Assembly (NCBI RefSeq): GCF_006345805.1
Contig: NW_021830456.1
Coordinates: forward strand, 1,287-65,286
Source of the DNA: Octopus sinensis
Lineage: Eukaryota
DNA length: 64,000 nucleotides
Reading direction: 5' to 3'
Of the stretch, positions 40,145 through 54,010 are shown in pieces. The first letter of the stretch is position 1, and every line of letters starts with the position of its first letter. Under the pieces are notes generated by a model, which did no database searches, was not told the origin of the DNA, and saw only the letters and a program-made list of their open reading frames with translations. The position numbers and the translations under genes are program-made.

Positions 40145-40455
40145 GATAATAGGGTTGATAATAGGGTTGATAATAGGGTTGAAGGACCAGCTAATAGTGC
40201 GTAGGAGGGGTCTGGACGTGTGTATGTATAGGGTTGGTGTATGTATTAGTATGTATAAGTGTGTGTGTGTGTGTGTGTGTGTGTATGAGAGAGTATTAGT
40301 GCGTAGGATTGGTCTGGACGTGCGTATGTATGGGGTTGGTGTATGTATTAGTATGTATTAGTATGTATTAGTACGTATTAGTATGTATAAGTGTGTGTTT
40401 GTGTGTATGAGAGAGTATAAGTGCGTATGAGGGGTCTGGACGTGTGTATGTATAA
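40145..40455 (+). repeat. 12-mer x3 (gataatagggtt) followed by about 2.4 copies of a 100-125 bp unit
   Basis: Units begin tagtgcgtagga..ggtctggacgtg at about 40195, 40297 and 40420. Confidence 0.9.
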
Positions 40456-40529
40456 TGCATATCTCTCTCTATCTCTCTCTCGCTCTTTATATATATATAT
40501 ATTATATACACTCACACACACATTATGTT

Positions 40530-40830
40530 TGCGTAAGCAATTGTTCCAATTGATCGGGTCAACATAGCACAATCTGCCAGTGGAAATGGCTGAGAGCACT
40601 CCACAGAAACTTGTTCCCTTAACGTAGTTATCAGAAACATTCAACGAGACACGGAACGTGACACGGCTGGCCATTTGAAATACAGATAGAACTCACTTTT
40701 GACAGCTGGCGGCCTGGAATAACGGGAATGAAATAATGTATCATACTGGAGGACAAGACGCGCTGGTAAATATCAAACCCACGAACTTACGATCGTCAGC
40801 TACAAGCCCTAGCCACTAAGCCACACGCCT
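40530..40830 (-). mobile_element. SINE family C, degenerate
   Basis: gtggctgagagcactccacaga...cccttaacgtagtt...gtgacacggctggccatttgaaatacag. Confidence 0.8.
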
Positions 40831-41005
40831 TTAGACATACATACGATTATTGCTTACGGGCAGCCTTCGTATTTTTCATTCGTAAGTGATTTTAAACCTA
40901 GTATTAGCATATTATTTATAGCTCTAAAACGATGCACGCACCCCCACGCACGTACGTGTTTATACATACATACATAGCTTTGAAAAGTATATGTTTGTAT
41001 ATATA

Positions 41006-41051
<46 letters not shown>

Positions 41052-41108
41052 ATGTATATATATATATAGGTATATACCTATATGTCTATAAATATAGGTA
41101 TGTATATC

Positions 41109-41141
<33 letters not shown>

Positions 41142-41353
41142 TATATATATATACATGTATGATATATATTTGTTATATATCTTATATATACATATATGTC
41201 TATAAATATAGTATATTATATACATATGCATATATATTATAGGTATGCATTTATATATATATATATATATATAATACATATATAAATATATATATGTCTA
41301 TAAATATATGTATATATATATACATATACATATATATTATATGTATGCATTTA

Positions 41354-41395
<42 letters not shown>

Positions 41396-41824
41396 GTTGC
41401 ATACATATATATATTTGTGTGTGTGTGTGTGTGTATGTATGTATATTTATATGCATTTCCAATATGTCTTCTGCATTCTGCACAGGTAAATTTTCGCCAA
41501 GGGAGCATGCGCAATTCTCACTGGGTATTTTCCACTTTATTTTAATCGTGGGAATTGTATATATTTCGTTGTACGGCTGCAGAGAATTATATATGTGTGA
41601 GAGCAGTCTCCTGTTTTATAATCGATTTTTTTCACTGGGAAGCTCAATTGATTCGCAATCACCTATATATAGACACAGACCGTTCCGAGTCAGCATGACC
41701 TCTTTAAAGTGGATAAGTATCCAACACGATCGTCCTTCCTCCTCCTCCTTCTCCCCACCCTTCCTCTTCCTCCTACCTTTTTAAATTTAACTATCTTCAA
41801 TATCGTTTTTGAATATCTCCCATC

Positions 41825-41829
<5 letters not shown>

Positions 41830-41855
<26 letters not shown>

Positions 41856-41883
41856 CTTCACCATTTCTCTCTTAATGTCTCGT

Positions 41884-41960
<77 letters not shown>

Positions 41961-42504
41961 GTCTGTCTGTCTGTCTATATGTCTATCTATCTATCTATCT
42001 ATCTACTATCTATCTATCTTTCTATCTATTTATATATATGTATATATATATCGATCTATCGATATATGTCTGTCGGTCTGTCTGTCTGTCTATCTACTTA
42101 TTAATCTATCTGTGTGTCTGTATGTCTGTGAGTCTCTCTCTCCCTCTCTCTATCTATCTGTTTATCTATCTAAAAGTCTGTCTCTCTATCTATCTATCTA
42201 GACACACACAAACACATGCAGACGCGCTCACACACACAATCAGACATAGTTATGTATGTATGTATACATATATAGGTATATGTATATATAAGTGTATATA
42301 TATGTATATATATATAATTGCATATATAAATATATATACATCGGCATACATAAATAGACACACAGACAGGTGCAAGTAGACAGACATGTACGAACACACA
42401 CACACACATACATACACACATGTTTTCTCTAACCGTATCTAACGAGCAGACTTTAGGTACCTGTCTGTCTGTCTATCTATCTCTCTGTCTATGTCTGTAT
42501 GTCA

Positions 42505-42545
<41 letters not shown>

Positions 42546-42640
42546 CTATCTATCCATATCTATCTAATCTATCTATCTATATATATATATATCTAATATA
42601 TATATATATATATAATATATATGTGTGTGTTGGTGTGTGT
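41830..42640 (+). repeat. Compound (TC)n/(TCTA)n/(TA)n field
   Basis: Direct reading. Confidence 0.92.
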
Positions 42641-43407
42641 GGTGTGTGAGTGTGGTGTGTGTGTGTGGTGTGTGTGTGTATGTATCTATGTATTTATCTT
42701 TCTATACACTCATCTATCTATCATTCATCATCAGCCCGGTCTATCTATATAATGCCGATCTATCTGTATAATGCCCGATCTATCTGTTTGTCTGCCCACC
42801 AACCTACCTCCCAACGTACATACCTATCTACCTATCCAGCTCATTCTAATCCCACCTCAGCAATATCTGCTTTTCTCTCTCCGTCTCCCTTATTACTCCC
42901 TCGTTTCTCATTCCCTTCGATATAACTTCACTTTCATACAGTTTATTTATTTCATAAATAAAATGACTCCTATCTTTATGAATTCCCAACGAAAAATAAT
43001 TGTGTTTATCAATTTCATTATCACTTCTCATTTTTACCTCTTAAAAACAAAAAAAAACAAAAATTTATCCTTCACATATCCTTCACATATCCTTCACACA
43101 CACATACACAAACAGAGTCCTTCTCTCTCTTTTATTCTTTCACTTTCTCTCTCTCCCTTTCTCTTTTTCTCAATCTCTTAATCATTATATTCCTTGCAGA
43201 TTGTAAACTGTTTTCTTTTCTTTCATTTCCAGTCCATCCCTGACCCTCTCCCTCCAGATCCTCCTGTCAGCTTCTTCTCTCTTCAATCCTCTCTCACTCT
43301 GTCGATCTCAGGAACAATTTACACCTGATTTGTATACTTTTGTTTATTCGTTCTACAGGAACAACTTCAGAAATTATTTATCGGCTTCCATTTCCTTCAT
43401 TCTGTCG

Positions 43408-43451
<44 letters not shown>

Positions 43452-43675
43452 CTTTACCTCTTCTTGCATACATACATACATGCGTAATATATATGTGCAT
43501 GTATGTAAGGAGGCACACACATTAATACACAAGTACACATGGACATACACACACATACGCATATATATATAAACACAAATATAAGCATGTAAATGCAAAA
43601 CAAGATAGAAAAATTAGTACTCGCTTCCCAAGGCAGAGTCGGTAAATAGTGTGTGTGTGTGTATATATATATATA

Positions 43676-43728
<53 letters not shown>

Positions 43729-43735
43729 AAGCAAT

Positions 43736-43862
43736 TAAAGCGAAACAAGTGGAAAAATGGTACTTGAATACCAGAAGTAGAATAATATGGTTTATTAAAA
43801 AGCAGCAAAAATATCACAAAAACTGTTACTCAGAGTTTCACGTTCCTGTTCATCGGACATAA
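43736..43862 (-). mobile_element. Penelope-like pseudo-LTR remnant (different family)
   Basis: Hammerhead-like motif followed about 35 nt later by AATAAA; abuts (TA)n at 43660-43725. Confidence 0.55.
43824..43859 (-). ncRNA. Minimal type-I hammerhead-ribozyme-like motif (U4C core variant)
   Basis: UGU-CCGAUGA-ACA(GGAA)CGU-GAAACUC-U-GAGUA-ACA: 3-bp stem I, stem II with one mismatch, 4-bp stem III, GUA triplet. Confidence 0.55.
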
Positions 43863-43955
43863 ACAACACTGTGTAAACCTGAAGAAATGTCGCCAAAGAT
43901 TTTCGACGCCATAGTAACTATTACCCCAGTTTGCTGCCTTAATCGTTTTTTTTTA

Positions 43956-44147
43956 AATTTTAGCACAAGGTCAGCAAATTTTTGAGGGGAGGGGACAAAC
44001 CAATTGCTTCAGCCCTAGTACTCGACTGATACTTTATTTTATCGATTTTAAAAGGACGAAACGAAAAATATATCTCGATAGTATTTGAACTCAGATCTTA
44101 ATGTACGGAAGAAATGCTCTTAAGTATTTTGTCCGCATTCCTCAACG
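43956..44147 (-). mobile_element. SINE family B, degenerate
   Basis: ttttagcacaagg.cagcaaattt...tttgaactcaga. Confidence 0.7.
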
Positions 44148-45150
44148 TAATAATCCTTTCAGGCCAATTCATTTAATAGGTCGACGCAGTCAATCATCCG
44201 CCATGGATAAGTAATATCAATTAATAGTTAAATACTGGTAATGATTTGACGACAAATACCAGCCGTCCCACACCTTTATATATATATATATTATATATAT
44301 ATATATATATATATGGCATTGCACAACGTTTGAAATCAATGCTAGCAGGGACCAAGTACAAAAATCTGTAGATGAATTCCTTTATTAACCATGAGGTTGA
44401 GAAAAAGAGGGGAGGATACGAGGACAGACAAGACAAACATTGGGGTCAGGGTATCGAATGAGACGAAACGTATGAATAAACAAACAATTAAAATATATAC
44501 AATTGAATGAGAATGAGTGATTTACAAATAAATGAAGCGGAGGACGCGGTCGACCCCACAAACCACATACTCACACTGAAGACTTAGTTTTGTTCTTTTT
44601 TGGTTCTCATTTAGGCAGTTCTTTCACTCGCAACATACTTGCCCACAGACTTCCATCTGTTACGGGATACTCTTTGCAACAGGCATTTCTTCTCCAGCCT
44701 AATTTTTCGTTTCATGTGGAAAACGAAAAACATCGATTAGCTGAAGACTAGAGATGAATTTCACCACGTTCAGTTTTATTTTCTGTCCTTCTATAGTCAA
44801 TGAAATACTAGCAACTTATTAACGGAACACTTTGAAGAATATTAATATAAATTCAGCGATGATTGTTATTTAGCAAGAAGTCAGCAAGTATTTGGTACGT
44901 TTTGTTTTGTTTTGAGCAGCTGATTTTGTGTGACTTATTCAGTGCCGTCTTTTCGACGCGAATCCAGTTAGCACAAGAGCTTTAGGCAATGAAAAACGTA
45001 TGTTTTCATTCTAAAAAAAAAATAATAATAGTAACTTCTTTATTTTTAGTTAGTCAGAAAACATTGCTGACACAGCTAAATCTACAGACATAATAATAGA
45101 TGAAATATTAACAATTTTGACTTTTCCACTTTAATGTTTCCCCACTATTC

Positions 45151-45208
<58 letters not shown>

Positions 45209-45215
45209 CTCTTCT

Positions 45216-45249
<34 letters not shown>

Positions 45250-45277
45250 TACAAAGTATATATAGTTTAGCTTTTAT

Positions 45278-45552
45278 CTTTTCGTTGTGTCAGTCTTTAG
45301 TCTGCGGCCATGCTGGAGTACCATCTTAAAGAATTCCTAGTTGAATGAGTAATTCCCAGTACATATTGTTAGGTTTGCTACTTATTTCGTTGGTCGCTTT
45401 CCTCGAACCGTTAATTTTACGAGGTTGTCATGCTGTGGTGAGTGAAAGACTCAGACAAAAAGACACACACGTGCACGCGCGCACACATACACATCCATAT
45501 ATTTTTATATACATACATATATATATGTGTGTGTATGCGCGTATATATATAT

Positions 45553-45622
<70 letters not shown>

Positions 45623-45765
45623 CACGACGGCTTTCTTTTAATTCCATCTCCTAGATCCACTTACAAGATTTTAGTCGGCCGAAGGCTGTAGTAAATGACA
45701 CTTGCCTAAGTTTCAATGCATTTCTCTGAACCATTTAGTTTGGGGACAAACTGCTTACCACATTG
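45278..45765 (-). mobile_element. SINE family A, degenerate, expanded internal (TA)n
   Basis: tgcggccatgctggagtacc tail; tagtcggccgaaggctgtagtaaatgacacttgcc head part. Confidence 0.8.
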
Positions 45766-45914
45766 TTTATATATATATATATATATATATATACTATATA
45801 TATATATATATATATGTGCGTGTGTGTGTGTATGTATGTATGTATGTATATATATATTACAACATACATACACACACACACGCACACACATACACACATA
45901 TATATAATATATGT

Positions 45915-46150
45915 TAATGGAACAAAAGTGCAATAGAGAGAATTAAAACGTTCTGAGAGATAGAGGACACAAAGGTGGACAGGTGAAACAACAATTACAA
46001 GTACAGGCACAAAAAGACGGGGCATTCTTGGCTTTCTTTCATCAGTCAAGTACCAGACGCCACGACCATTTCGGACAGTTATATTTGAGATGATTCGATC
46101 TGGTAGACCCCCAAAAAGTCTAAACTAAGTGCATTAGACCCCTTTGTAAG
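45915..46150 (-). mobile_element. Second copy of the 39600-39830 family
   Basis: Sequence similarity to 39600-39830; CTGATGA...GAATGCC on the minus strand. Confidence 0.5.
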
Positions 46151-46873
46151 AAGGTTAGCGAAGGTGACTTATTAGCAAATTTATAGACATCACTAAAGTG
46201 ACAGAGGGTACATAGTGGTACCGGCATTGCGAGAAATAAGTGTCAAACCGACTCATTAGCCACAAGAGTACTATCTTAATAAGATGACAAGGGAGACAAA
46301 GCTCCCTAGAGTCACAGACATAGTCATATCACCAGTGATTTTGAATGTTGATGTAGGGTATTTTAATTCTCATCAGTGGCTCTTGCCGCGCCGAGGGTTA
46401 AGTTCAACTTTCCTCATAACAAAAACAGTTGAAAGCATTTACTGATTTAAAAAGAGGGTCGTGGTGTACAATTGCTTCTATATATGTATGCGGGAGAGCT
46501 GACCTTCAGTGCCAAATCTTCCGTCGCCAAAATGAGCTTAGATCCTTGACAGATGCAGTAAATGACACCAAATAAACAGCAACTAGTCTCCTCTATTGTT
46601 TTCGGTGATTAGTAAACCAAAGATTGTGTGTGGTTCCTGATTCGAAGACGAAAGAAATTACTTGTTACTTCCTGTTAAAAGCCTTATCACATAACGGATT
46701 CTCACTTCATTTTCTAATATTGAATTGCAATTTTGGTACACGGTCAGCAATTTTGGATGATGGGGTAAGTCGATAAAATCAACCCCAGTGCTCAGCTGGT
46801 ACTTATTATATATGCTTTACAAACAACTTGCACATGCAAGTGATACCAGTCGAGAACTCCGCATACCGGAAGC

Positions 46874-47341
46874 CAGCAAGTGTACGGGGTCATCAGGAGA
46901 GAATGCGTGCCATTTCGGGACCTACCTCTCGACGGCATCAATGTGCACCGATATGATATGAGGCCCGGCTTGCTACATCAACCGGTTATTGAGTATAGCT
47001 CAATATTCTTCTAGCCGTCGCTCATCGTCTGTTTTTAACCAAATCCAGTGGCTAGCCTTCTCCATTGTAGTTTGGATATCGTTCATGGGAGTATGTACTT
47101 TAGAATGAGTTAGGCCTCACGATAACAACAGTCGCCTCACACTGCCCCTTTCGCTAATCGGATACTCTCTTTTTCTCCAAATAATTCATTTCCTGTATCG
47201 TAAATTGAGCTTGTTAACTTTCCCAATTGATCTAGCAAGCCGGGCCTCATATCAGTGAGGGGACCGGTGCACAATGATGCCGTCGAGGGGTAGGCCCTGA
47301 AACGGCGCGCATTCTCTCCTGATGACCCCATATACTTGCTG
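46874..47341. repeat. Inverted repeat pair, about 130-bp arms with a 200-bp spacer
   Basis: 46874-47004 is the reverse complement of 47204-47341 (cagcaag..ggggtcatcaggagagaatgcg..cgacggcatca.tgtgcaccg..gatatgaggcccggcttgcta.atcaa..agctcaat). Confidence 0.92.
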
Positions 47342-47410
47342 TCATTTTATAAAGATCTTGAGATACCTTGTTTTCAAACTCTTTATATTTTCCTTTCCCA
47401 TTAGCAGCAG

Positions 47411-47500
47411 ACCACAAAACCATCAAAGGATGAAAAGCAAAGTCGACCGCGGCGGGGTTAGAACTCAGAACGTGTTGAAGATTCTGACACCACGCCACCA
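47411..47500 (-). mobile_element. SINE family B fragment
   Basis: aaaggatgaaaagcaaagtcgaccgcggcgg...gaactcagaacg. Confidence 0.75.
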
Positions 47501-48570
47501 TTTTCTAATATTAATATATGTAGAACTTCTACTGTTTACTCTAAATAATCGATATTTATGTACATAAATACGAAGTTCTCGCGAAAGTGAGGTTTGATTT
47601 TTATTTATTTAGCATTCAATAAAATACGTACATACTAGCAATATAAAAAGCGCATGGAACTCCTCATAATCCGCCCTATTTGGGGACTGAAAGTGTAAAA
47701 AAAAAAAATCATATGTGTGTTGCACATAGTTATCTCCGATCATCAATTACCTAGTATATATGATTACAGACGTTCCAGGAGTGACTATCCCAGCCTGTTC
47801 TTTGCTGTATTTTTGTAGCTAAAACTATACTACTCAATATCCTCCTGCGTTGTTTCTCACGACAGGGTGTGATTTCAGGGAAATTCTATATAAAGAACCT
47901 GTTGAACATGGAAACAGGTACTTAGTATCTGTTTTTGCATAGTAAATATTCGTGATGTTGAAAGTTGGATATTTGGCTGAAGCGACAGAGTGGCCTGGAA
48001 GAGAAAACTTGTGGTTTGTAATTACTTATACCGAAGGTTTGGGTTCAAATCACTGTGAGGTCACTATTGAATTTCACCATTCCTGAATCGATAACATAAA
48101 AATCCACCAAAATTTGAACCAAATATTCAATGCTAAAAAATCAATATGCTTATATTCGAATGAAATCAATATGAAGCATCTAGAAAAGGGTTGTTTAAAT
48201 GATTAAGATTCTTGAACTTCTTTGGCCTAGGTTCGAATTCTGAAAGAACCGCCTTCGTTTATTTACTGCCGACAGACTCATCGAACAAAAACCAACAAAT
48301 TTATCGATATCAATACAAACAACTGTGCAACATCAAAAAATCAATACATACCGCAATTACTTAAACATTCTCGCATAGTGCATATATATATATACACATG
48401 TATGTGTGCATACGTATGAAAACAGTATTGCCATACAAATACATGCATACATACATACATACATACAATCGTACATATATTTATATATGTGGTTTCTGGT
48501 TTAGGTAAATTATTTTGAGTAAATATGTCATGTATATATATGCATATACATACTCTGATGTCTGCATGTA

Positions 48571-48613
<43 letters not shown>

Positions 48614-49629
48614 GTATGTTTGTAGCAATATATAATATGTTTGTACGCACGTATGTATATTTTGGCAACGCTCTATGAGCAATGTGTAAATATATCTATC
48701 AAATAATGTCACTGCTGTACGATTTATTGTGTATACATGTATATGTTTATATGCAAATATTTGCGTAGAGGTATGTAGTTAAATTTCATGAATCTACGCG
48801 TACATGGACATAAAATATATACCACTATCTATTTACTCGTGTATATGTATACCTAGGTATTCGATTATGTACAAATGTATACATGTGTGTGTGTGGTGTG
48901 TGTGTGTTGAAGGTTGTGTATATTTGAATGCATGTGTGTGTGTGTATGGTGGTGATTGTGTGTGGTATGTGCTTGTGTAAATGTCGGTGCGCTCCTTTGT
49001 ATGTTCTTTGCTCTGAGTACACACGGTTATTTTAACCTGGTAAACACATTAGGAACATGTCGTTTATTTACTCTCCTTTTAAGTTCCCACGCACATATAC
49101 GCAGTGAGGGAGAGAGAGAGAGAGAGAAAGTGTGTGGAGAGAGAGAGAGAGAGAGAGAGAGAGTAGGAGGAAACTTTCTATGCATATATTTCTGTATATG
49201 CAATTATGTATATATATGTATATATGCAATTATAAATATATACATATGTATGTACATACGTATGTATGTATGTATGTATGTATGTATGTATGTATGTATG
49301 TATGTATGTATGTATGTATGTATGTATGCATGTATGTATGTATATATATATATATATATATATGCAATTTAGTTATCTTTATATAAGCATTTGTTATATA
49401 TGTATATATATATATATAAAGGCATAAAAGGCATACATATCTATATGTATATAAATAGATATATATATGAATATATGTACGCGCGTGTGTGTAAACATAC
49501 ATATATAAGTGTGTGTGTAAATACATATATATATATATATTATATTACAGCCACCCACACACTCAACCCCTGTGTGCGTGTAACTGTACCAAAGCATTCA
49601 ATTACCTAATTATCTATGTAGTATATGTT

Positions 49630-49687
<58 letters not shown>

Positions 49688-50206
49688 GTGTGTATCGGTA
49701 AGAAGTATTAGCGATCAAGCATACAACATGTGTGTATGCATAAATATATAAGTATATACGAATATACATATACATATATATATATGTATATATGTATATA
49801 TATGTATATATATTTGCGTGCGTGTGTATTTATAAATATATCTACATGCATATATGCATCAAACTACATGTGCAAAATATTCATGTATGAATGTATATGC
49901 ATGATGTTCAACATATCCTATGGGAGAATTAGATGCATTCTCACATGCATCTATGGATGCATCTGCATATAGATTATATATATATATATATATATATATA
50001 CAGAGATTACTAATTATTGATAACATGAAATTCTTCGTTTCACACAACGCCCCCCCCCCGACCCCAACCTCACCCCCCGTCATTCCATAAAACACACACA
50101 TATACATATAGACAAGACACATTCTCACACGCACAGATATTCTCCTCCCCTCTGCAGACAGACACTCATACACACTCATACACACTCATATATATATATA
50201 TTATAT

Positions 50207-50237
<31 letters not shown>

Positions 50238-50520
50238 TTATAAATATATATATATATATTATATATATGTATATATATATATATGTATATTGTGTGTGTG
50301 TGTATATATGCTGTTATATCTTCTATGTACGTCAGTTATGTAAGAAAACGTGTGTACTTCTGTTAAACTGCAACAGATGGTTTCTTTTTGAGTCTTCTCA
50401 GCAAGTTGCAAAAATACACAAGGAAGAAACCTAACTCTTATTCAAAACCTGTTTACTCCGATCACATTCTCTCTTATCATTCACTCGCTCTCTCTCGCTC
50501 TCTTTCTCCAGACCGGTGCT

Positions 50521-50562
<42 letters not shown>

Positions 50563-51330
50563 ATTTTTGTTTATCTCTATTGCGTGTAAACTTTCCTCCT
50601 CTATCGCGCTCTCTCATGGTTTCGGTTTCATATAGATGCCTTGTTATATAAATGGATTTCATATCTTAGATATGTTTTCTATTTTAAATTTTTTCTTTAT
50701 TTTTCCCTTTCACTTATTTTTTATCGAGTTCTGATCCAAACTTTTACGAAATCATTATTCGTAGAATATAATTAGAAGAAGAAAATTATAAAAATAACCA
50801 TTTGCCAAATGTTAAATGTGCTTTCCTAGTTAATATTCAGATAACTTTGCATATATATATTTCTCTATTTCCGTAATCATGCGAAACGTCTCTTTTACAT
50901 TTACACATATCTGCCATTTATGTTGCTTTATTTTTGAAATATCTCAACGTTAACCCTATGAGCTTGCAGAATCGTCGGACAGAAATCATGATAGCGTTTC
51001 CGATTCTTTACACCTGAGTTCATATCCCGGCTGAGTTCCATGTCTGGTACTGGGGTCAATGTAATTGAATTGACTCTTGGTTTCAAAAACTGCTTTCTCC
51101 AGCACTTGACAGAAAGAGGTTCCTTTCAAGGCAATATTAAAATTTCGATCGTTTAGCCGACATGGAAAACGAGAAAATGCTCTTGGAGTTCCTTGGGCAC
51201 CCAATCCCCCAAGAAAATACTTTAACATAAAGAAGACAGTATGTTATTTCCATTAGAAAAGGATATTTCGTATTGTTCCTTTTTATCTAATTTTAAAACT
51301 CATGGCGCTTAATAGTTCCCTTTCCAGTAG

Positions 51331-52547
51331 GCCGGACAAAATGCTTAGCGGCATTTCGTCCGTCTTTACGTTCTGAGTTCAAATTCTGCCGAAGTCGACT
51401 TTGCATTTCATCCCTTCATGATCGATAAAATAAGTTCCAGTGGAACAGTGAGGTCGATGAAATCAAATTATCCCCTCCCCCAAAATTGCTGGCCTTGTGC
51501 CAAATGTGAAATCAATTGCATCGTAGTTATACGATACACAAACCTAACCCCTCTTCTACTTTGCAAACTGTAACATCCTTTCATCTTTTCGGTGTCGATA
51601 AATTAAGTACCAGTTACGAACTGAGGTTGATGTAATCGACTTAATCCGTTTGTCTGTCCCTGTTTGTCCTCTCTGTGTTTAGCCTTTTGTGGGTTGTAAA
51701 GAAATAGGTATTTTGTCTGTCTTTACGATGTCAGTTCAAATTCCGCCGCGGTCGACTTTGCCTTTCTTCCTTTCGGGATCGATAAATTAAGTACCAGTTG
51801 CGTACAGTGATCGATCTAATCGACTGGTTCCCTCCACAACAATTTCGGACCTTGTGCCTAGATTAGAAAAATTCTTTAAGGTAGCAAGTTGGCAGGAAAC
51901 ATCATGCCGGGCGAAATGCTTAGCGGTATTTCGACTGTTTTTGCGTTCTGAGTTCAAATTCCGCTGAGGTCGGCTTTACCTATCATCTTTCGCGGTTGTG
52001 TACTGGGGTCGAACTAATCTGCCTAAAACAGAAATGATTCTTTAAGGCGGCAAGCTGGCAGAAACGTTAGCACGCCAGCAGAAATACCTAGCGGTATTTC
52101 GTCTGTTACCTTCTGAGTTCAAATTCCGAGGTCGACTTTGCCTTTCATCCTTTCGGACTCGATAAATTAAGTACCAGTTTCGCACTGGTGTCGCTGTAAT
52201 CGACTTAATCGCTTTGTTTGTCTTTGTCTGCCCCTTCTATGTTTAGCCCCTTGTGGGCAATAAAGAAATAAGAAACGTTAGCACGCGGGGAGAAATGCTT
52301 ATCGGTATTTCGTCTCCCGTTACGTTTGTCTGTCCTTGTTTGTCCTCTCTGTGTTTAGCCCTTGTGGGTAGTAAAGAAATAGGTAGTTCTTCTGTCTGTA
52401 AGTTCTCAGTTCAAATTCCATTGAGGTCAACACTGCCTTTCATCCTTTCGGGTAGATAATTTAAGTACAAGTTGCGTACAGGAGTCGACCTAATCGACAG
52501 GCCCTCCTCTCCCAAAATTTCGGGCTTTGTACCTAGAGTAGAAAAGC
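51331..52547 (+). mobile_element. Head-to-tail cluster of 5 SINE family B copies
   Basis: Copies at about 51331-51512, 51577-51870, 51880-52020, 52044-52268 and 52270-52547, all on +. Confidence 0.93.
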
Positions 52548-53000
52548 ATATTTTTATTAAAACCATAGTTTTTAACATTTCCATATTCTTCTTTGTGGAC
52601 CAGATGTAATCCTTTACTTCACCATTCTTCTTCTACTCATTTCAATCATTATACTCCGGCGTGAATGTAAATTTAAATCAGTTTAAGTCGAATAAATCCA
52701 CCCTAGTACTTATGGGTTTCTTTTAAGTCGAGTATCTTCAATAGGGGTCTTTCTTCAAATCACTGAATTACAAGATCGTAAACAAAACATCACCTGTTGC
52801 CAAACGTCATGGAGATGGCGGCTGCTATAAAGGCAAACGCACGCATAGGCATAAATGACATCATGTTCACACACACACGTGCGCACGCACGCAGGCACAC
52901 AAACACACACACACACACACATATTCGTATCGTTTTATAATTTTGGATTATCATTACTCTAGAAAAGCAACGTGATGTTATAAGTTTCGATTGAGAGGAA

Positions 53001-53381
53001 GCACTCCGTCGGTTACCACGACGACGGTTCCGGTTGATCCGATCAACGGAACAGCCTGCTCGTGAAATTAACGTGTAAGTGGCTGAGCACTCCACAGACA
53101 CGTGTACCCTTACCGTAGTTCTCGGGGATATTCAGCGTGACACAAGAGAGTGACAAGGCTGGCCCCACTGAAAACAGGTACAACAGAAACAGGAAGTAAG
53201 AGTGAGAGAAAGTTGTGGCGAAAAAGTACAGCAGGGATCGCCACCACCCCCCTGTCGGAGCCTCGTGGAGCTTTAGGTGTTTTCGCTCAATAAACACTCA
53301 CAACGCCCGGTCTGGGAATCGAAAACGCGATCCTACGACCGCGAGTCCACTGCCCTAACCACTGGGCCATTGCGCCTCCAC
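53001..53381 (-). mobile_element. SINE family C, full-length with TSD
   Basis: Closely similar to 35368-35746; TSD aagtttcgatt at 52982-52992 and 53384-53394. Confidence 0.95.
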
Positions 53382-53398
53382 TCAAGTTTCGATTATAG

Positions 53399-53755
53399 GC
53401 TCAGGGGTAAGAAGTTTGCTCCCAACCACATGGTTCCTGGTTCAGTCCCACGGCGTGGCACCTTGGTCAAGTGTCTTCTACTATAGCCTTGAGCTGACCA
53501 AAACCTTGTGAGTGGATTTGGTAGACGGAAATTGAAATATGTAACTGTTTGTGTGTCTGTGTTTGCCCCCCCCCCATCATCGCTTGACAATCGATGCTGG
53601 TGTGTTTACGTCCCCATAACTTAGCAGTTCGGCAAAAGAGACCGAGAAAATAAGTACTACGCTTACAAAGAATAAGTCCTGAGGTAGATTCACTCGACTA
53701 AAGGCGGTGCTCCAGCATGGCCGCAGTCAAATGACTGAGACAAGAGGAAAGAAAA
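53399..53755 (+). mobile_element. SINE family A lacking the internal (TA)n
   Basis: ggtaagaagtttgctcccaaccacatggttcctggttcagtccc...ggcggtgctccagcatggccgcagtcaaatgactga. Confidence 0.95.
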
Positions 53756-53889
53756 ATAGAAATAATCTCGAAATAATTTCATACTGACATGAAACAAGTA
53801 AAGAATAAAAGAGTAAAAGAGTATATACACACACACACACACGCATATATATATATACATACATACATATATATATATATGTATATATA

Positions 53890-53946
<57 letters not shown>

Positions 53947-53979
53947 GTAGGTATTATATATATAATATATATATATATA

Positions 53980-54010
<31 letters not shown>

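Noticed and set aside
40145-40182. Interstitial telomere (tagggtt)
   Set aside because: The unit is a 12-mer with only three copies, not a TTAGGG array
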